This document shows, in pieces, positions 1 through 13,199 of a stretch of DNA of 63,822 bases. This DNA is from Lama glama (Eukaryota). The stretch lies in contig CM052832.1 in NCBI GenBank assembly GCA_028534125.1, positions 23,500,001 through 23,563,822 of the forward strand. Direction: 5' to 3'. The translations under genes were made by a program, and so were the position numbers. Below the pieces are notes generated by a model, which saw nothing but the letters and a program-made list of their open reading frames with translations, was not told the DNA's origin and ran no database searches. The stretch's first letter is position 1, and every line of letters begins with the position of its first letter.

Positions 1-244
1 CTGTAACACTGTCTAGAAATTTAGAAATACCAAGTGCAGCTAAGCGTTGGCCTGAGTCCTAGTTCTCATTGACACTTTTGTGTGTGTGTTGCTTTACCTT
101 TAAGACATCTCTTCGTCAAAGTTTCCCCCTCCTCAGACTACTTTTCCCCCCAAAAAGTGCTCGTCCCTAAAGGGAATAGAATGTCTACTTAACCGAGTGT
201 GACCTGCAGATTATTTAGAATTTCCCCTCCCTCGTTGACAAGCA

Positions 245-430
245 GCATTAGCAGCGCTGGCTCTGGAGTCCTGGCTCCCTGGGGGTAAATCTCAACACCT
301 GTACTTACTACCTGAGTGATCTTGAGCAAGCTGCTTAACCCTTCCGAGCCTTAATTTCCAACTCTGTTTAAAAGAGGTAAAGCACTTGCAGTAATTCCTA
401 GCACATGGTAAGTAATAAGTTTTAGCCGTT
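245..430 (+). mobile_element. MIR SINE remnant
   Basis: Core 'tgatcttgagcaagctgcttaacccttccgagccttaatttcc' and tail 'cctagcacatggtaagt' resemble the MIR consensus. Confidence 0.7.
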
Positions 431-1820
431 TTTACTAGTGCGTTGTTATTAATGCAGTAGGAAGAACCGTAAGACAGAGGGATGATGCTGAAATAGTATG
501 AGGAATAATGATGATAAGAACAAAAGCACTTTTAAATAATTTCTCAAAGTTCTTTGACGGGAGGTGCAGTCAAGTCTGTGCTTGATCTGTGTTGAAACAA
601 TCAAACATTGTACCGTATTTGGATTAGATCCAGTTTTTATTCAAACCCTCCTTTTTTTGGTAAATGCTCAAATTGTCACATCTTGACAATTTGAATTTAA
701 GAATCTTCTGAATTGTGTTCTTTCAGCTACTCCTCAGACTTCTGAAAGTGTACTTGCTCATGGGCAAAAATATGTTCCAGAATCTTAAATACTTACTCTG
801 TCAAGCTATAAAAAAATTTAGTGGAAAAGAACATTACAGACAAATTCCAGTGGGTGCACCAGGTCATTTCTCATAAGTATTAAAGTTGCTATGTTAGGTC
901 ACTTTAGAGATGGAATCAAAAATACACACATACATACAGATTATTTTTGTAAGCTGACATTGATAATTTTAATTTTAACCTTACCTTTATCATACCACTT
1001 ACCTATTGAAAGTTGTTAGCTCCAGTGTTATACTTTCTAATTTGAAGAGCTTGTGATTATTCCTTAATCTAAAATTATGCATAAGGTAATGTGTTATTTA
1101 TCAGCACAAATATAGATTTAAAATGAAACCACAAGGTCGATATCAACCCTGATAATAAAGCTACTGAATAAGTAACAAGATTTAGCTTCACAGATGTCGT
1201 CAGTGGCTGCGCTCTGAAAATGTCACACTAATGAAGCATAGTTAAATTACTTTGTTTTGAGTCACTTATAATAATTTTTTTCCCCTTCCTGCTTCTAAAA
1301 AAAGAATGGAACTTTTGACTCAGTAAAAGCCATGTGAAATTTTGTAAGGCCCAGGCAACCGGTTTCTGTGTCCAAATGGAGTTTCTCTCAATAATAGCTG
1401 AAATATTGGTCAATGAAACGGTCTTTGGCAGATTTGAATCAAATAGAACAAAACCGTTATGCTTTCCCACCGATGATTTTTAATACTTGAATACTATTCT
1501 CAGATAGTCATGTTTTAAATGTTTGTATGTCTAGCCTTGGTGGAAATATTTCTTTGCCACCTAATTAAATTTGTAGACAAACATCATCTAGAAATTAAAC
1601 ATGACCAAAACTAACAACTATTAGAGAAAATTAATCTAACCTTTTCAGTTGGGACATCTGAGTTTCCTTTTTTTTTTTTTTAATATATATACATTTCAGA
1701 ATTATCAAAACATCTATATGGGATAAAATCAAGCCAACTTTGAATATCTACAGATGGCAATCACCTAAGCCCATGAAAAATTTGCCGGGTTAGTATCATT
1801 TTTGTCCAGTATATGTTATT

Positions 1821-1850
1821 ACAAAACAAAACAAAACAAAACAAAACAAC
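1821..1850. repeat. (AAAAC)n microsatellite
   Basis: acaaaacaaaacaaaacaaaacaaaacaac seen directly. Confidence 0.9.
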
Positions 1851-2329
1851 AAATCTTAAACTTCTGGGTTTCTCTTCAAGAAAGCAGCTACAGTGTATGC
1901 TCAGTTTGACAACTTTCCACTTGCATTTTCCTCCTCCATGTAACAGTGACATTTTCTGCTGTTGTAATGAATTTGGTTTACTTGCACTTTATCTAATGAT
2001 GAGGTTCAGAACTTACTCATTGCTCTTTGCTTTTTCTACATTTGAGGGCAATAGGGAAACAGGTACAGTTTCCTGATGTCAACTTTTGAGAACCACGGAC
2101 AAGACTTGTTACACCACTCTTTCAGGCCAGTGAATGCTCATAGCTTCAAAAAAGTAGGAAAGTTGACTTATTTGCATATATTTGCATTTTGTCTACCATT
2201 TCTCAACTATGTTGGATGAGAATTAGTGAGGTGGCTACAATATGAGCAGCTAAAAGAGAAGGAGGAGAGTTAATGGAGCTGTTTTACTCTAAACTGAATG
2301 ATTAGTTCCTGGATAATATTCTTTACAAT

Positions 2330-2490
2330 CAACTTTATTGAGGTATTAATTTACCTGCAATAAAATGCACCCATTTAAAGTGTACACTTCCTTGCGTTTT
2401 AATAGCTACATACATCTGTGTAAACACCACCATTAAGATGCAGACATTTCCATCACCCAGATAGTTCTCTTGGGCCCTTTTGCAGTCATT
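2330..2490 (-). mobile_element. Old L1 3' end fragment (L1MB-like)
   Basis: 'caactttattgaggta...aataaaatgcacccatttaaagtgtaca...catttccatcaccc' is the typical reverse-complement L1M 3'UTR terminus. Confidence 0.75.
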
Positions 2491-3840
2491 GGTAATACAT
2501 TGTTCGTATCATAAAACTTTTCCTTCCCACATTATTCCACATGCCACTCTTACTGCCTCTCTAGACCTCACTTTTATTGGTCACAGTGTTGAAAGGGAAG
2601 CAAAACCCTTTGATGTCTACAGCCACCAGTCATATAATTTTACTATATGGGATAAATGTTTGTCCTTGTGAACTTTAAGTTTATAGTAGGAGAGAGGTCA
2701 GGTGGACCTGCAGTCTTAATAACTGACTCAAATACATATATGGAAGGTACTCCAGCGGTGGCTGATAACGTAAACTTGATCTTACTCATTGCATTGCCAT
2801 TAATAAGTCAGAACTAATTGGAGAAATCAGATTTGAATCAAGCATGAGCAAGATTCTTATTAAATTGAAAGGGGTAGATTGGCTGTTTATACCTGCAACA
2901 GTGGAGGCTCCAGACAGAGGGAGGGGAGAGGACCACAGGGAATTTGTCAGGTCAGAGTAGATGTAACAGTCTTGAGCTCTCTGTGGCTGAGCTGTCTCAA
3001 GGTACCCGTGGATGACCTCCAGACTCAGGTAAACATCCATGCAGCCCCCACACCAGATCAGCTGTTCCCCTAGGGCAGGGCCGAGGTACAGCGGCTATGC
3101 CTGGCTCTCCCTTCTGGCTCCTGCCTCTTCCTGGCCCTGCCCATCCCTGTAGCTGGTGTCTTCTGTTTGTCTGGCCTCCGTCACCAGATGCCTTCACAGG
3201 TGTGCTCTTCTCCTTTTTGGCCTCTTTTGTGGCTTGATGCTTGCTTCTCTCCTGTGTCTCAGCCTTTGTGGGAAAAGCTTAACCTTTTGTGGCTGCTTCA
3301 AGCCTGTACTTCAATTTATTACTGTATTTTTACTGAATCTAAAATGCTGTCAATTATAAGACTTGTCAGTGTTGAGGTGCCACAAAAGAAAGAAAAACTG
3401 TCACTAATTGAGCCATTAAACTCCGATTGTAAGATGTGTCCCAATTCCAATATGTTAAAATGTGGATAAAAGACAGAATCACCAGCGAAACACTGAGCGC
3501 TCCAGCGCACAGACTGGAACACAGGGCTTGGTTCCTGAGGAGAATAAGAGAAATAATTTGAAGCTGGGAGTAAGATGACCAGTGTACATTGTAAAGTCTG
3601 TGGAATTGCTGGAGGTGGACCTTATATTTGGCTGGAATATCCTAGAAGCCCATGCAGAAAGGAAAACATTGTCAGTTATATGATTGTCTGTAAAAAGAAA
3701 ACAAACTGGTGGCTCAAAAATAAAACAGCTATTCTTATTACTAAGCCCTGGATGTCTCCTTATCCTCTTACAGTGGTCATTTAGTCAACAGTGTTCTCAG
3801 CAACGTCTTTACTGTCAATGCAGTCACGTCCCCCCTCCCA

Positions 3841-4091
3841 GGTTTATTGAGATATAATTGAAATAGGACATTGTGTAACTTTAAGGTATACAAGATATTG
3901 ATTTGATAGACTTGTATGTTGCAAAATGATCACCACCTTAGCTTAGCTAACACTTCCATCACGCCACATAATTACCATTTCTCTTTTCTGGTGAGAGCAT
4001 TTAAGATCCGATCTCATAGCAGCTTCCAGGTATATGATATAATATTATTAACTCTTAACTGCCATACTGTGCATTAGATCCCCCAAACTTA
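3841..4091 (-). mobile_element. L1 3' end fragment (L1MA9-like)
   Basis: 'tttattgagatataattga...tttaaggtatacaa...catactgtgcattagatcccccaaactta' matches the antisense L1MA 3'UTR. Confidence 0.8.
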
Positions 4092-5374
4092 AATACCGTC
4101 ACTTTGACTGGACTATTTTTGTCTGTTTAATTTATGGCAGTCAGTTGGTAAAATATTTTAAGTGTAGTTTGCCTCTCTTGGGTCGAGCTTAATTAAGGGG
4201 TAATATAAAGGGCTTAAAATATGTTTGGTGCTTATTGGGCCAATTCTGTGGTGATTTCAAGTCCCTGACTTGCTTGCTGGGATTCGGTTTAGCTCATATT
4301 TTAATAACTTTATCATCTGCACATCAGTTGCTACCCCCTACTTTGGTAATCTCAGATCCTTATCAAGTTTCCTCACTCCCTTCCTCCAGCAAAGTCCATC
4401 CCCTGACCATGTCCAGATACTTATTAAGTTGCACATTCAAGTTCTTACATTCTCATTTTCTCCAGTGAAATGCTCTTTTAGCCTCCTTTTCAGACTCATG
4501 TTCATTAGTTCCTTTTAGATAATTCAAAATACATCCTCCTTTCTCTGGCCCTTGTCTTAACTCCAACCCCCCCTTGACATTATTTAGATAATTTTAACTG
4601 TGTTATCATGAATTTGTTCATTTGCATTTTTATAGTTAAAATTGTAAGCTTCTTGAAAGAAGGCTTATTAGCTTCTTTTATTTTGATGTATCAAAGGTGT
4701 CTAGTGTGAGGATGGGCACTCAAGAGCACATCGAAGGAGTTGATGGTTTGTGGTCCTCTGAACTCCCTCCTTAGTGGTAGAGCCACTTCTTCTCAGCTCC
4801 ATTCACGTTTGCTTTGCTGTTTCTCAGGCACTGCTCTGTCATGGACACCACAGCTCCATCACAGTTCTTTACTTACCCTCATTTTCCTGGGAATAACATT
4901 TCTCTCCTAAGGAATGACATAGGAAGTATTTCTCAAACATTTCAAACCATGGCCCCTTTGGATCAACTTAAAGATCTCACATCCCTCTGAGAGGTGATAT
5001 TCTCATACATCTCCTGGGGGAAAGAAAGGGGGGGCTTCTTGTAACTTCCCTCCAACTATAATTGATATGATTGTCCTCTCACATAATAGTGTTGAAGGCT
5101 ATTACTCTAAAATAGTTACTGCTTTTTTGGGCAACCTGATTATATTCATAATTGCATATTTAGAGTATACAAGAAAAACATTATTTGTGGAAAAAGTTTT
5201 GCTTAACAAAGAGGTCTTGGTTTTGAAGTTCAGCATGGTTATTTTTAGTTATATTCATTTGTTAAGTTCAGTCAACAAACCTTTGTGATCCATTAGTAGT
5301 CCCAGGCAAAGTAAAATCCACAGTTATTTTTTATGACTCTCCATTCCCAAAGAATTTTAAAGTTGGAATATATT

Positions 5375-6470
5375 TGACGTGCTGATTTGATAAACGTAGT
5401 CATTGCAGTATGACTGCCATTGTAGTGTTGGTTAGTGCCTCTTATCACATCATAAAATTATTTCTTTTTTGTGGTAGCAGTAATTAGGCTCTAGTCCCTT
5501 AGCAAGTCTGATGTTTATAATTCAGTATTATCTATAATTGCTATATCGTGCCTTAGATCTCCAGGACTTATTTATCTCCTAGTTGCAGATTTGTTCCCTG
5601 AAACAACATGTCTTCCAACCCGTGGTAGCCACCATTTTATTCTGTTTTTATGAGTTCAACTTTTCTTAGATTCCACATATGTGATATCATACAGTATTTG
5701 TCTTTCTTTGTCTGGCTTATTGCACTTAGCATAATGGCCTTAGGGTCCATCTGTGTTGTTGCAAATGGCAAGATTTCCTTCTTTCTCATGGCTGACTAGT
5801 GTGTGTGTGTGTGTGTGTTTGTGTTTTCTTTATCTATTCATCTATTGATGACTGATTAATTCATAACGTAGGTTGTTTCTATTTCCATATCTTGGCTATT
5901 GTGAATAATGTTGCAATAATCATGAGAATGCATGTTTCTCTTCAGTATCTTGTGTTTTTATTTCCTTTGGGTGTGTGCTCAGAAGTGGAATTGCCTGACC
6001 ATATGGTAGTTCTGTTTTTAATGTTTTGAGAAACCTCCATATTATTTTCCATGGTGGCTGTACCAATTTGCATTCCCACCAACAGTGTCCAAAGGTTCCC
6101 TTTTTTCCACATTCTTGGAAATGTTTGTTGTCTCCTTTCTTCTTGATGAAAGCCATTCTAGCAGGTGTGAGATGATATTTCACTGCAGTTTTGATTTGCA
6201 TTTTGCTGACAGTTAGTGGTGTTGGGTATCTTGTTATGTACCTGTTGGCCATTTGAATATCTTCTTTGGAAAAGTGTCTATTTCATTCCTCTGCAATTTT
6301 TAAATCAGATGTTTGGGGTTTTGTTTTTTTGTTGTTGTTATTGAGTTACATGAGCTCTTTATGTATTTTGGATATTAACTCCTTATCCCATATATGATTT
6401 GCAGATATCTTCTCCCACTCTATTTTCTCCCTTTTCATTTTGTTGATTGTTTCTTTTGCTGTGAAGAATT
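5375..6470 (-). mobile_element. L1 fragment: ORF2 C-terminus plus 3'UTR (L1MA-like)
   Basis: ORF 5920-6252(-) gives [21 protein letters not shown]...[14 protein letters not shown], the L1 ORF2p C-terminal Cys-rich region, followed by L1 3'UTR. Confidence 0.92.
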
Positions 6471-6519
6471 GTTTATTTTTAATTTTTCATTGACTCACAC
6501 TCTTTTCTTATGATCCTAC

Positions 6520-6766
6520 CACATTGGCAACCTTTTTTTCCCCCTTTTTAAGTTTTATTATGTAGAATTATTACAGTGCGACAGCACATACACATTACAT
6601 TGCGTGTAAATACGTATATACAGCATACTGCACATTTTTTTTTAGTTTTCATTGTTTCTAAGAACAGATTAGATCTCTAACTTTTTAAACTTACATAGTT
6701 ATCAAAAGAATAAAGCCAACTACAAAATAAGAATCAACAGAATGTGGTAACACATTGGCAACTTTT
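6520..6766 (-). pseudogene. 5'-truncated retrocopy of an mRNA 3'UTR end, with target-site duplication
   Basis: Direct repeat cacattggcaac at 6520-6531 and 6751-6762; right copy continues TTTT/AA (L1 endonuclease site); minus-strand AATAAA at 6554-6559 followed by a degraded A tail (6533-6549). Confidence 0.7.
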
Positions 6767-8930
6767 AACTCCCTAACATTTCTCTCCTGATTGGGGGATC
6801 ACAAATGCCATTCAAAGTGAATGCATGATGCAACTTTTCCTAGTGACCGTAACCTCCTAGGGAGGGCATGTTGATTGGTGGGAACTGAGAACTTTGAGTT
6901 GCGTGAGGAACTGCATGTAGGTGTAGAGGTAGTAGTAATATTGTAACCACCATTAGATGTCCTGAATGTTCATATTCAGTTTTGGGTTAATGTGGAGGTT
7001 TAATAAACGTAAATTGAAAGTGATCTATCTTCTACTTTAGGCAGGGTAGGTCTCTACTTGTTGGGGAGAAAACTACTGATACAAAAGATGTTGGGATCAT
7101 CTTATTTTAGGGTTGTTTAGTGACTGCCTGTTTCCAGCCGGTTTATTTTTCTAAGAATACATTCTTTCCTCTCCTGCTTCCCAAACTCTTGACTCGTACG
7201 TGTTCATGCAGGGAAACATCTGGTATTTTGAGAATTTTATTTTTGGTGGCAACTGAATATTTTATAAAACTCTGTTTGCACTGCAGCTCCCAAACATAAC
7301 GGAGCACAATTAATGAAGCACAATTTGCAAAGGTACATGAAATGCATGATTTTGTGCGAGTATGGCGTGTTCCATGCAGGCTCTGTGAACGTGAATGTCT
7401 CTAGATGGCCTCATGAAGCCTCTGGCATCATGTCAGTTTTACTTGTCGTTGTATACTTGGCACAAAGGCTTACAATAAACATTGAAGGATTGAGAAGATG
7501 TATGTAGCTCCTTAAACAGTGACTTGTATGTAGCTCCCAACATATTAATTTCTCATTTAGAGATAAATAACACAAAAATGTTAGCATCCTCCAAATAATT
7601 TCATAATTGGATTTTTATACAGAAAAGAATATAAATAGAGGATGAAAATCAATTTGATGTCAGGGTGAGTAAAACCATGACAATGGATTAGATGGAGTAA
7701 GTGAAATTAAAATACAAAGAATAAATCATACACTGAGAATTAACTGAAAACACTACATTATACATTCAAGGTGATGAAGCAATTGAACAGAAGTTTGCAA
7801 TTTGAAATATTTTGAGGATAGTAGATGGGAAAAAGTAAACTGCTGTTAGAGTATCCAATTGTAGTCTTTGCCTCTCAAAATTCAAATAACAGCTGTACTA
7901 CGTTTATAGAGAATGATCTTCACTATTTATAGCTTGACAACCAATGTTATAAGAAACAAGCTATGTATTAGGATATTTGTAGACATTTTGCTTAACGATT
8001 TTAGATACTCAGAAGCCTGGTGTATGTAGTTTCTACCAGATACAGAGTTATATGTGTGCTGTGCAGAACCCCCTGTGCAAATATAAGTTTTCTTAAAGAG
8101 CAATTGCAAGAAATTTTTCTGCCTAGAGGGCCAGAGATATCATTTTCCAGGGAGGAGATTTTGCAAGGCCACTTCAGTATCTTTTGAGGAGTTTAGGTGG
8201 ATTTGAGGGACCATCTGGAGACAGTGATAGAGGAGATCAGTATCACTGAAGACAAATTACAGTGGATTAGAATAGTTGGTGACTGTGCTTTGATTCAATC
8301 CCTCATGGTGCACCAGGTAAAATTGTAACTGAATGAAAGCTTAGTGATTTATAGAGGCGGTGTCTATTGTATGAAGAGCTTTCTGTTTCTGTGTCAGGTT
8401 ATCGGACAGACGGCTGCTTCAATAGCAGGATTTTGTGACAGTTTTTAGAGACAGTTCATGGTTAAAAATGTTCTCTGTGAATGTTTCCTGGAGGAAGACT
8501 GGCTGAAGACTTCAGAGTGCTCCTTTAAATCTTTTTGAAAAAGCGTGGGAGCCATGGTGATGGTAAGCTTCATGACAATGTGAATAGGAAGGAAAAAACC
8601 TCTCTCAGGCTGTTAGATAGTCCCTAAGCATCATGTCTCCAGATGTTGTGATGACCCTAGCACTACCTTCACTAATTATTTCTTTTAAGCATGACATGCC
8701 CTCCTAGTTAGATTGCTAGTTTCTTACGTATTGAGATCCTGTCTTCAATTTCGTGTTTCTATTTTGGCTGTTCTTACAGCGCTAGGCAAGAAGTAGATGG
8801 TGGATCAGACTTTGCTAATTCATTTGGGAAGGAAGGACCACAGGCAGGTGCACTCAGACCTGCATTGTTGACAGTCTTTGAAAGAGCATGCACACATTGG
8901 GGATTTTTCTGCACCTTCCTCACAATGGAC

Positions 8931-9148
8931 CCATAGGATAGTGGTTAAAGGGACAGACTCCAGAACCAGACTGTCTGAGTGCAAATGCCAGCTTTTTCAT
9001 CTACTGCTGTATGACCCTGGATGAGTTACCTGACCTCTCCGTGCTGCAGTTTCCTCATTTGTAGATGAAGATGACAGGACCTGCTTGAAGTGGATGTAAG
9101 GATTTCATGAGTTAACACCTGAAGAGTGCTTAGGACAATGCCCAGCAC
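8931..9148 (+). mobile_element. MIR SINE, near full length
   Basis: 'atagtggttaaag...tgaccctggatgagttacctgacctctccgtgctgcagtttcctcatttgtagatg...gtgcttaggacaatgcccagcac'. Confidence 0.85.
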
Positions 9149-9524
9149 TGATCCTATATCAGCTTACTTTGCTTACTGTCCACCCTCAAATTGCTAGACC
9201 ATAAGATTTAAAGTAATATTTATTTTTAAGAAATTGTATTTATGATCTGAAACATCGAGTGAATGCGTCTTGTTGTGTTTGCTCAAGAAAGATGCTTGTT
9301 CAAATATATTTGTGGAAATTATAGGGAAGATTTTACTTTCTGTCCATGTAATTTGTTTAGCCAGATGTCCAGACTGGTGTGTGGGGAGAAAAATCCACAT
9401 GAAACTTTGTCCTGTCAGCTATTTCCCTGAGTGCTACAGAAATGAAAGCAAGCAGAGTGGCAGTTAGATGAATTGGTAGGAGAGGTTTGTTGTGGTTGTG
9501 TTTAAATAAAAACAGTAGAAACCC

Positions 9525-9670
9525 ACATTCTAGTCCTGGCTTGGCTGCTGACTGCCAGACCCTGGGCAAGTAGCTTAACATCTGCAGAAACAGCCCCAGT
9601 TTGTAAATTGAGGAGGTTGGACTGGATCATATCTGAGGCTTCTGCTGACTCTCATGTTCAGTGATTCTGA
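9525..9670 (+). mobile_element. MIR3/MIRc-like SINE remnant
   Basis: 'accctgggcaagtagcttaac...gtaaattgaggaggttggactggatcat...gtgattct'. Confidence 0.65.
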
Positions 9671-10169
9671 CTTTAAAGAATTGTATAAAAGTCCTTGTAA
9701 ACCTACATGTAATAGCCAGTTAAGCTTTGGTCACAGAATCAATATAATTCTGTCTGTGGTGAAAATTTCTTAAATACAATGCAAAGGAAGATAGAGCATT
9801 GAAAAGAATGCAAAATCAGATAATTAGAATAAACACTAGGAAAAGTTTTTCTGGAGAAGCCTAATATTGTATTTTACTGTATTGTATATTATACTTCAAG
9901 TGTAATACCAGTAGCATGTTTAGTAAACTACATTTACTGACTGTCCCACAACTGAGGAATGAGGGGATTTGGGAAGATCTTAGCCCTTCCCCGCCCAAAA
10001 AAGGGAGGAAAGATGTCCTTGAACCATAGAAGTTTAATACCAGTTCAAAAATGCTGATCTAATTGTTTAGTTTCCAAGAGTTTTTTGCAATTTCACTTAA
10101 GTAGTACCTATCACACAGGGACTTAAAAAATTTTTTTTTCCGCTTTTCCCTCTGGTTATTAAGAGAGTA

Positions 10170-10650
10170 AGTGATAAACAAGAAACTTCCTACTTCCTTT
10201 TTATTCCCTAAGGGCAATCATTTTTAAAGTTTAGAGTGTATCCACCGAGAAAGAGAGAGGGAGTTTGAGTGTGTATTCAGGCAGCTATATATGTATGTAT
10301 GTATGTGTATATATATGTGTTTATGAACAATTCTCTAAGCTGCTTTTTAACTTAACAGAGTAACTTCTTCTTTTCCCTGGTAATACATATGTAGCTATCT
10401 CATTCTTTTTAACTATTTTTTAACAATACTTCATTATATGGATGAATGATAATTTATTTTCTTATTCTCTTATTATTGGATGTAGATGGATAATTTTTCA
10501 CTATAAACAGTGAGCATCATTACATATTCATCTTTGCCTTTTTAACCATTTCCTTAGTATACATTTTTAAAGTTAAAAACCTAGGTAAAAGGATGTGAAC
10601 ATTGAAATTTTAAATACAGACTGCCAAATTGCTTCTAGGAAAATCATATA
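10170..10650 (-). mobile_element. Ancient L1 (L1ME-like) remnant
   Basis: Degenerate 'ctcattctttttaact...cattatatggatg...ctgccaaattgcttc' L1 antisense motifs. Confidence 0.5.
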
Positions 10651-10729
10651 AAAATATTTATAGAAGTCTAAAGAAATTTTTTTCTAAGAAAAAAAGATTT
10701 GATGAAATGAGGTCCTAAATGGCCAATAG

Positions 10730-11143
10730 CTGTTGACTAGATAAATAAAATGTGGTCTCTCCATGCAGTGGGATATTTTTTGAATAAAAAGGAGTGACGT
10801 ACTGATGTGTGCTAAACATGCACGGGCCTTTAAAACATTATGCTAAGTGAAAGAAGCCAATCATAAAGGACCACATACTATATGATTCCATTTCTATGAA
10901 ATGTCAAATCCATAGAGAAAGAGTGATTGGTGCTTGTCTAGGCCTAGGGGGCTGGGGGGAAAATAGGAGACTGCAAATGGGTATGAGATTTCCTTTTGGG
11001 GTGTTGAGAATGTTCTACAGTCAGTTGTGGTGATGACTGAACAACTCTGTGAATATGCCAAAACCCGCTGGACTGTACATGTTAACTGGGTGGCTTCTTT
11101 GGTCTATGGATTATATCCCAATAGAGTTGTTATTTAAGAAAAA
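10730..11143 (+). mobile_element. L1 3' end (L1MB7-like)
   Basis: 'aaacattatgctaagtgaaagaagcca...tatgattccatttctatgaaatgtc...acaactctgtgaatat...aatagagttgtt'. Confidence 0.85.
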
Positions 11144-11261
11144 TGAAGTATAGGGAGAATTCCATTAGAGGAGACGTATAAAGTGATGTCAGCAGTGTGG
11201 AGCCCCTTAGGCATGGGTTAGGAAGAGCCCATGTGTTTAGTTATTCACAGCCAATAGAATT

Positions 11262-11930
11262 CCTTTTTTTCTTTTTAATTGAGGTATAGTCAGTTACAAT
11301 GTGTGAGTTTTTGGTGTACAGCATAGTGTCCCAGTCATGTATATACAGACGTATATTCTTTTCATATTCTTTTTCATTATAGGTTATTATGAGATATTGA
11401 ATATAGTTCCCTGTGCTATACAGAATAAATTTTTTTATGTTTTTACATATAGTGGTTATTATATACAAGTCTCAAACTCCCGAGTTTATTCCTTCCCACC
11501 CCCTTTCACCCGGTAACCACAAGATTGTTTACCATGTCCACAACTCTGTTTCTGTTTTGTCAATGAATTCATTAGTGTCCTGTTTTGTTTTTTTTTCTTT
11601 TTTTTTTAGATTCCACACATGAGTGATATCATATGGTATTTTTCTTTCTCTTTCTGGCTTACTTTACTTAGAATGACAATCTCCAGATCCATCCATGTTG
11701 CTACAAATGGCATTATTTTATTTTTTATGGTTGAGTAGTATTCTGTTGTATAAATATACCACAGCTTCTCCATACTGTTTTCCATAATGGCTGCACCAAA
11801 CTACATTCTCATCAACAGTGTAGGAGGGTTCCCTTTTCTCCACATCTTCTTGAGCATTTATCATTTGTGGAGTTTTGAATGATGGCCATTCTGACTGGTG
11901 TGGGGTGATACCTCATTGCAGTTTTGATTT
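11262..11930 (-). mobile_element. Young lineage-specific L1 3' end with internal deletion
   Basis: T tract then 'aattgaggtatagtcagttacaatgt...'; highly similar to the copy at 17724-18276; possible imperfect TSD tagaattccttt / tagtattctttt. Confidence 0.9.
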
Positions 11931-13048
11931 AGTATTCTTTTAAGATATTTAAAGTTAAGAAAAAAATTAAAATCCTTCAGTAATTAGAGGAGTTTTTTTA
12001 GGTGGATGACTAATCTTTAAGTATTTTCTTAATGTTGCATCTGGATTTGGTGCGGTACGACTAAAAGTGTACTTGAGGATTATTAGAGAAATAAAGATAA
12101 ATTCCTAAGATTGAGAGCTAGTTTTAGCTTTGTAATTTTGTCAGATGCTCAACTGTTGAGTAAATAATGCTTTTGTTAAAATTCCATGGGGCACTCATCC
12201 AGAAAATAGAGTACAAAAAAGGAATGTGTGTTTGTGTGCCTATGTTCTACTGTCTGTTGATCCTAAAGAATATAAAAAGGTAAATTTGACCAGTGAAATC
12301 CATAATTACAGTGCTTTATTTTGATAATCCATTAATAAATTGTTTTATAATATCTCATGTATTTGAGTAATTATATTTTTAATCTTCTGCTTCCCTAATC
12401 AGAAATAAAAGTTTGCATTCAGATTTGTTCAAATCCCCTCTGGTTTGTTAGAAGGGAATCAGCTTGCTCACAGCTCTTCTTTTCCTTGTATGTTAGGAAG
12501 AGAGATTTGTAATTTTGTATTTACGGAAATCAACAAAAAAGATCAGACACCCCACACTCTGAGGCTCTGCCAGATGTAATTTACATTTGAACAAGGATTT
12601 ACAAAAGAACAAGGATTAAGTTAAACAATTAGAGCAGTATGCTGCAGACTATATCCGAGGAAAACTATTTGGGTCAATAGTTTTTGTTTTCAACAGACTC
12701 TTGCATTGTGAGTGCCCAGTAAATTGGTTGTAATTAGTAATTGTCTTAGTGCAAGTCTTTGTTTAGGAAGAAGGGAGCTAGCTAAAATAAGTTTGTGGCT
12801 GCATTTTGTAGGAATGTTATTACTTTGGTTAATTAGTGAATTTTATTAATATGAACCTATTATAATGATAACTTTTGAAGTCCACCAGTAGTATATTTTG
12901 TTGTCTCTTAACTGTGTTTAGTTTTGGCCTCTTAGTCTGTCATTCTTTAGGCATAAAAGCTTGAGTTGGCACTCCTTTTCTTTCTTTTCTTTTCTTCCTC
13001 CCTCCCTCTCCCTCCCTCCCATGCAGTATTATGACAGCCTGTGTGGTG

Positions 13049-13199
13049 CAGGGCATTTTAAACTGGGGTCAGTGAACCTGCTGAAATTAAATGTAAAATG
13101 ATGTGTTTATGGATGCACGTGCAATTTCCAAGGGTGAGAGTTCATATCTTTCATCAGAATTTCAAAGCTTTCTGCAACTCTAGAAAATTAAGAACACTG
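13049..13199. mobile_element. hAT-Charlie MITE remnant (MER103-like)
   Basis: Ends cagggcatttt / aagaacactg; internal 'catatctttcatcagaatttcaaag'. Confidence 0.55.

Noticed and set aside
5920..6252. 110-aa ORF with real protein similarity
   Set aside because: It is a decayed L1 ORF2p C-terminus inside a truncated L1, not a host gene
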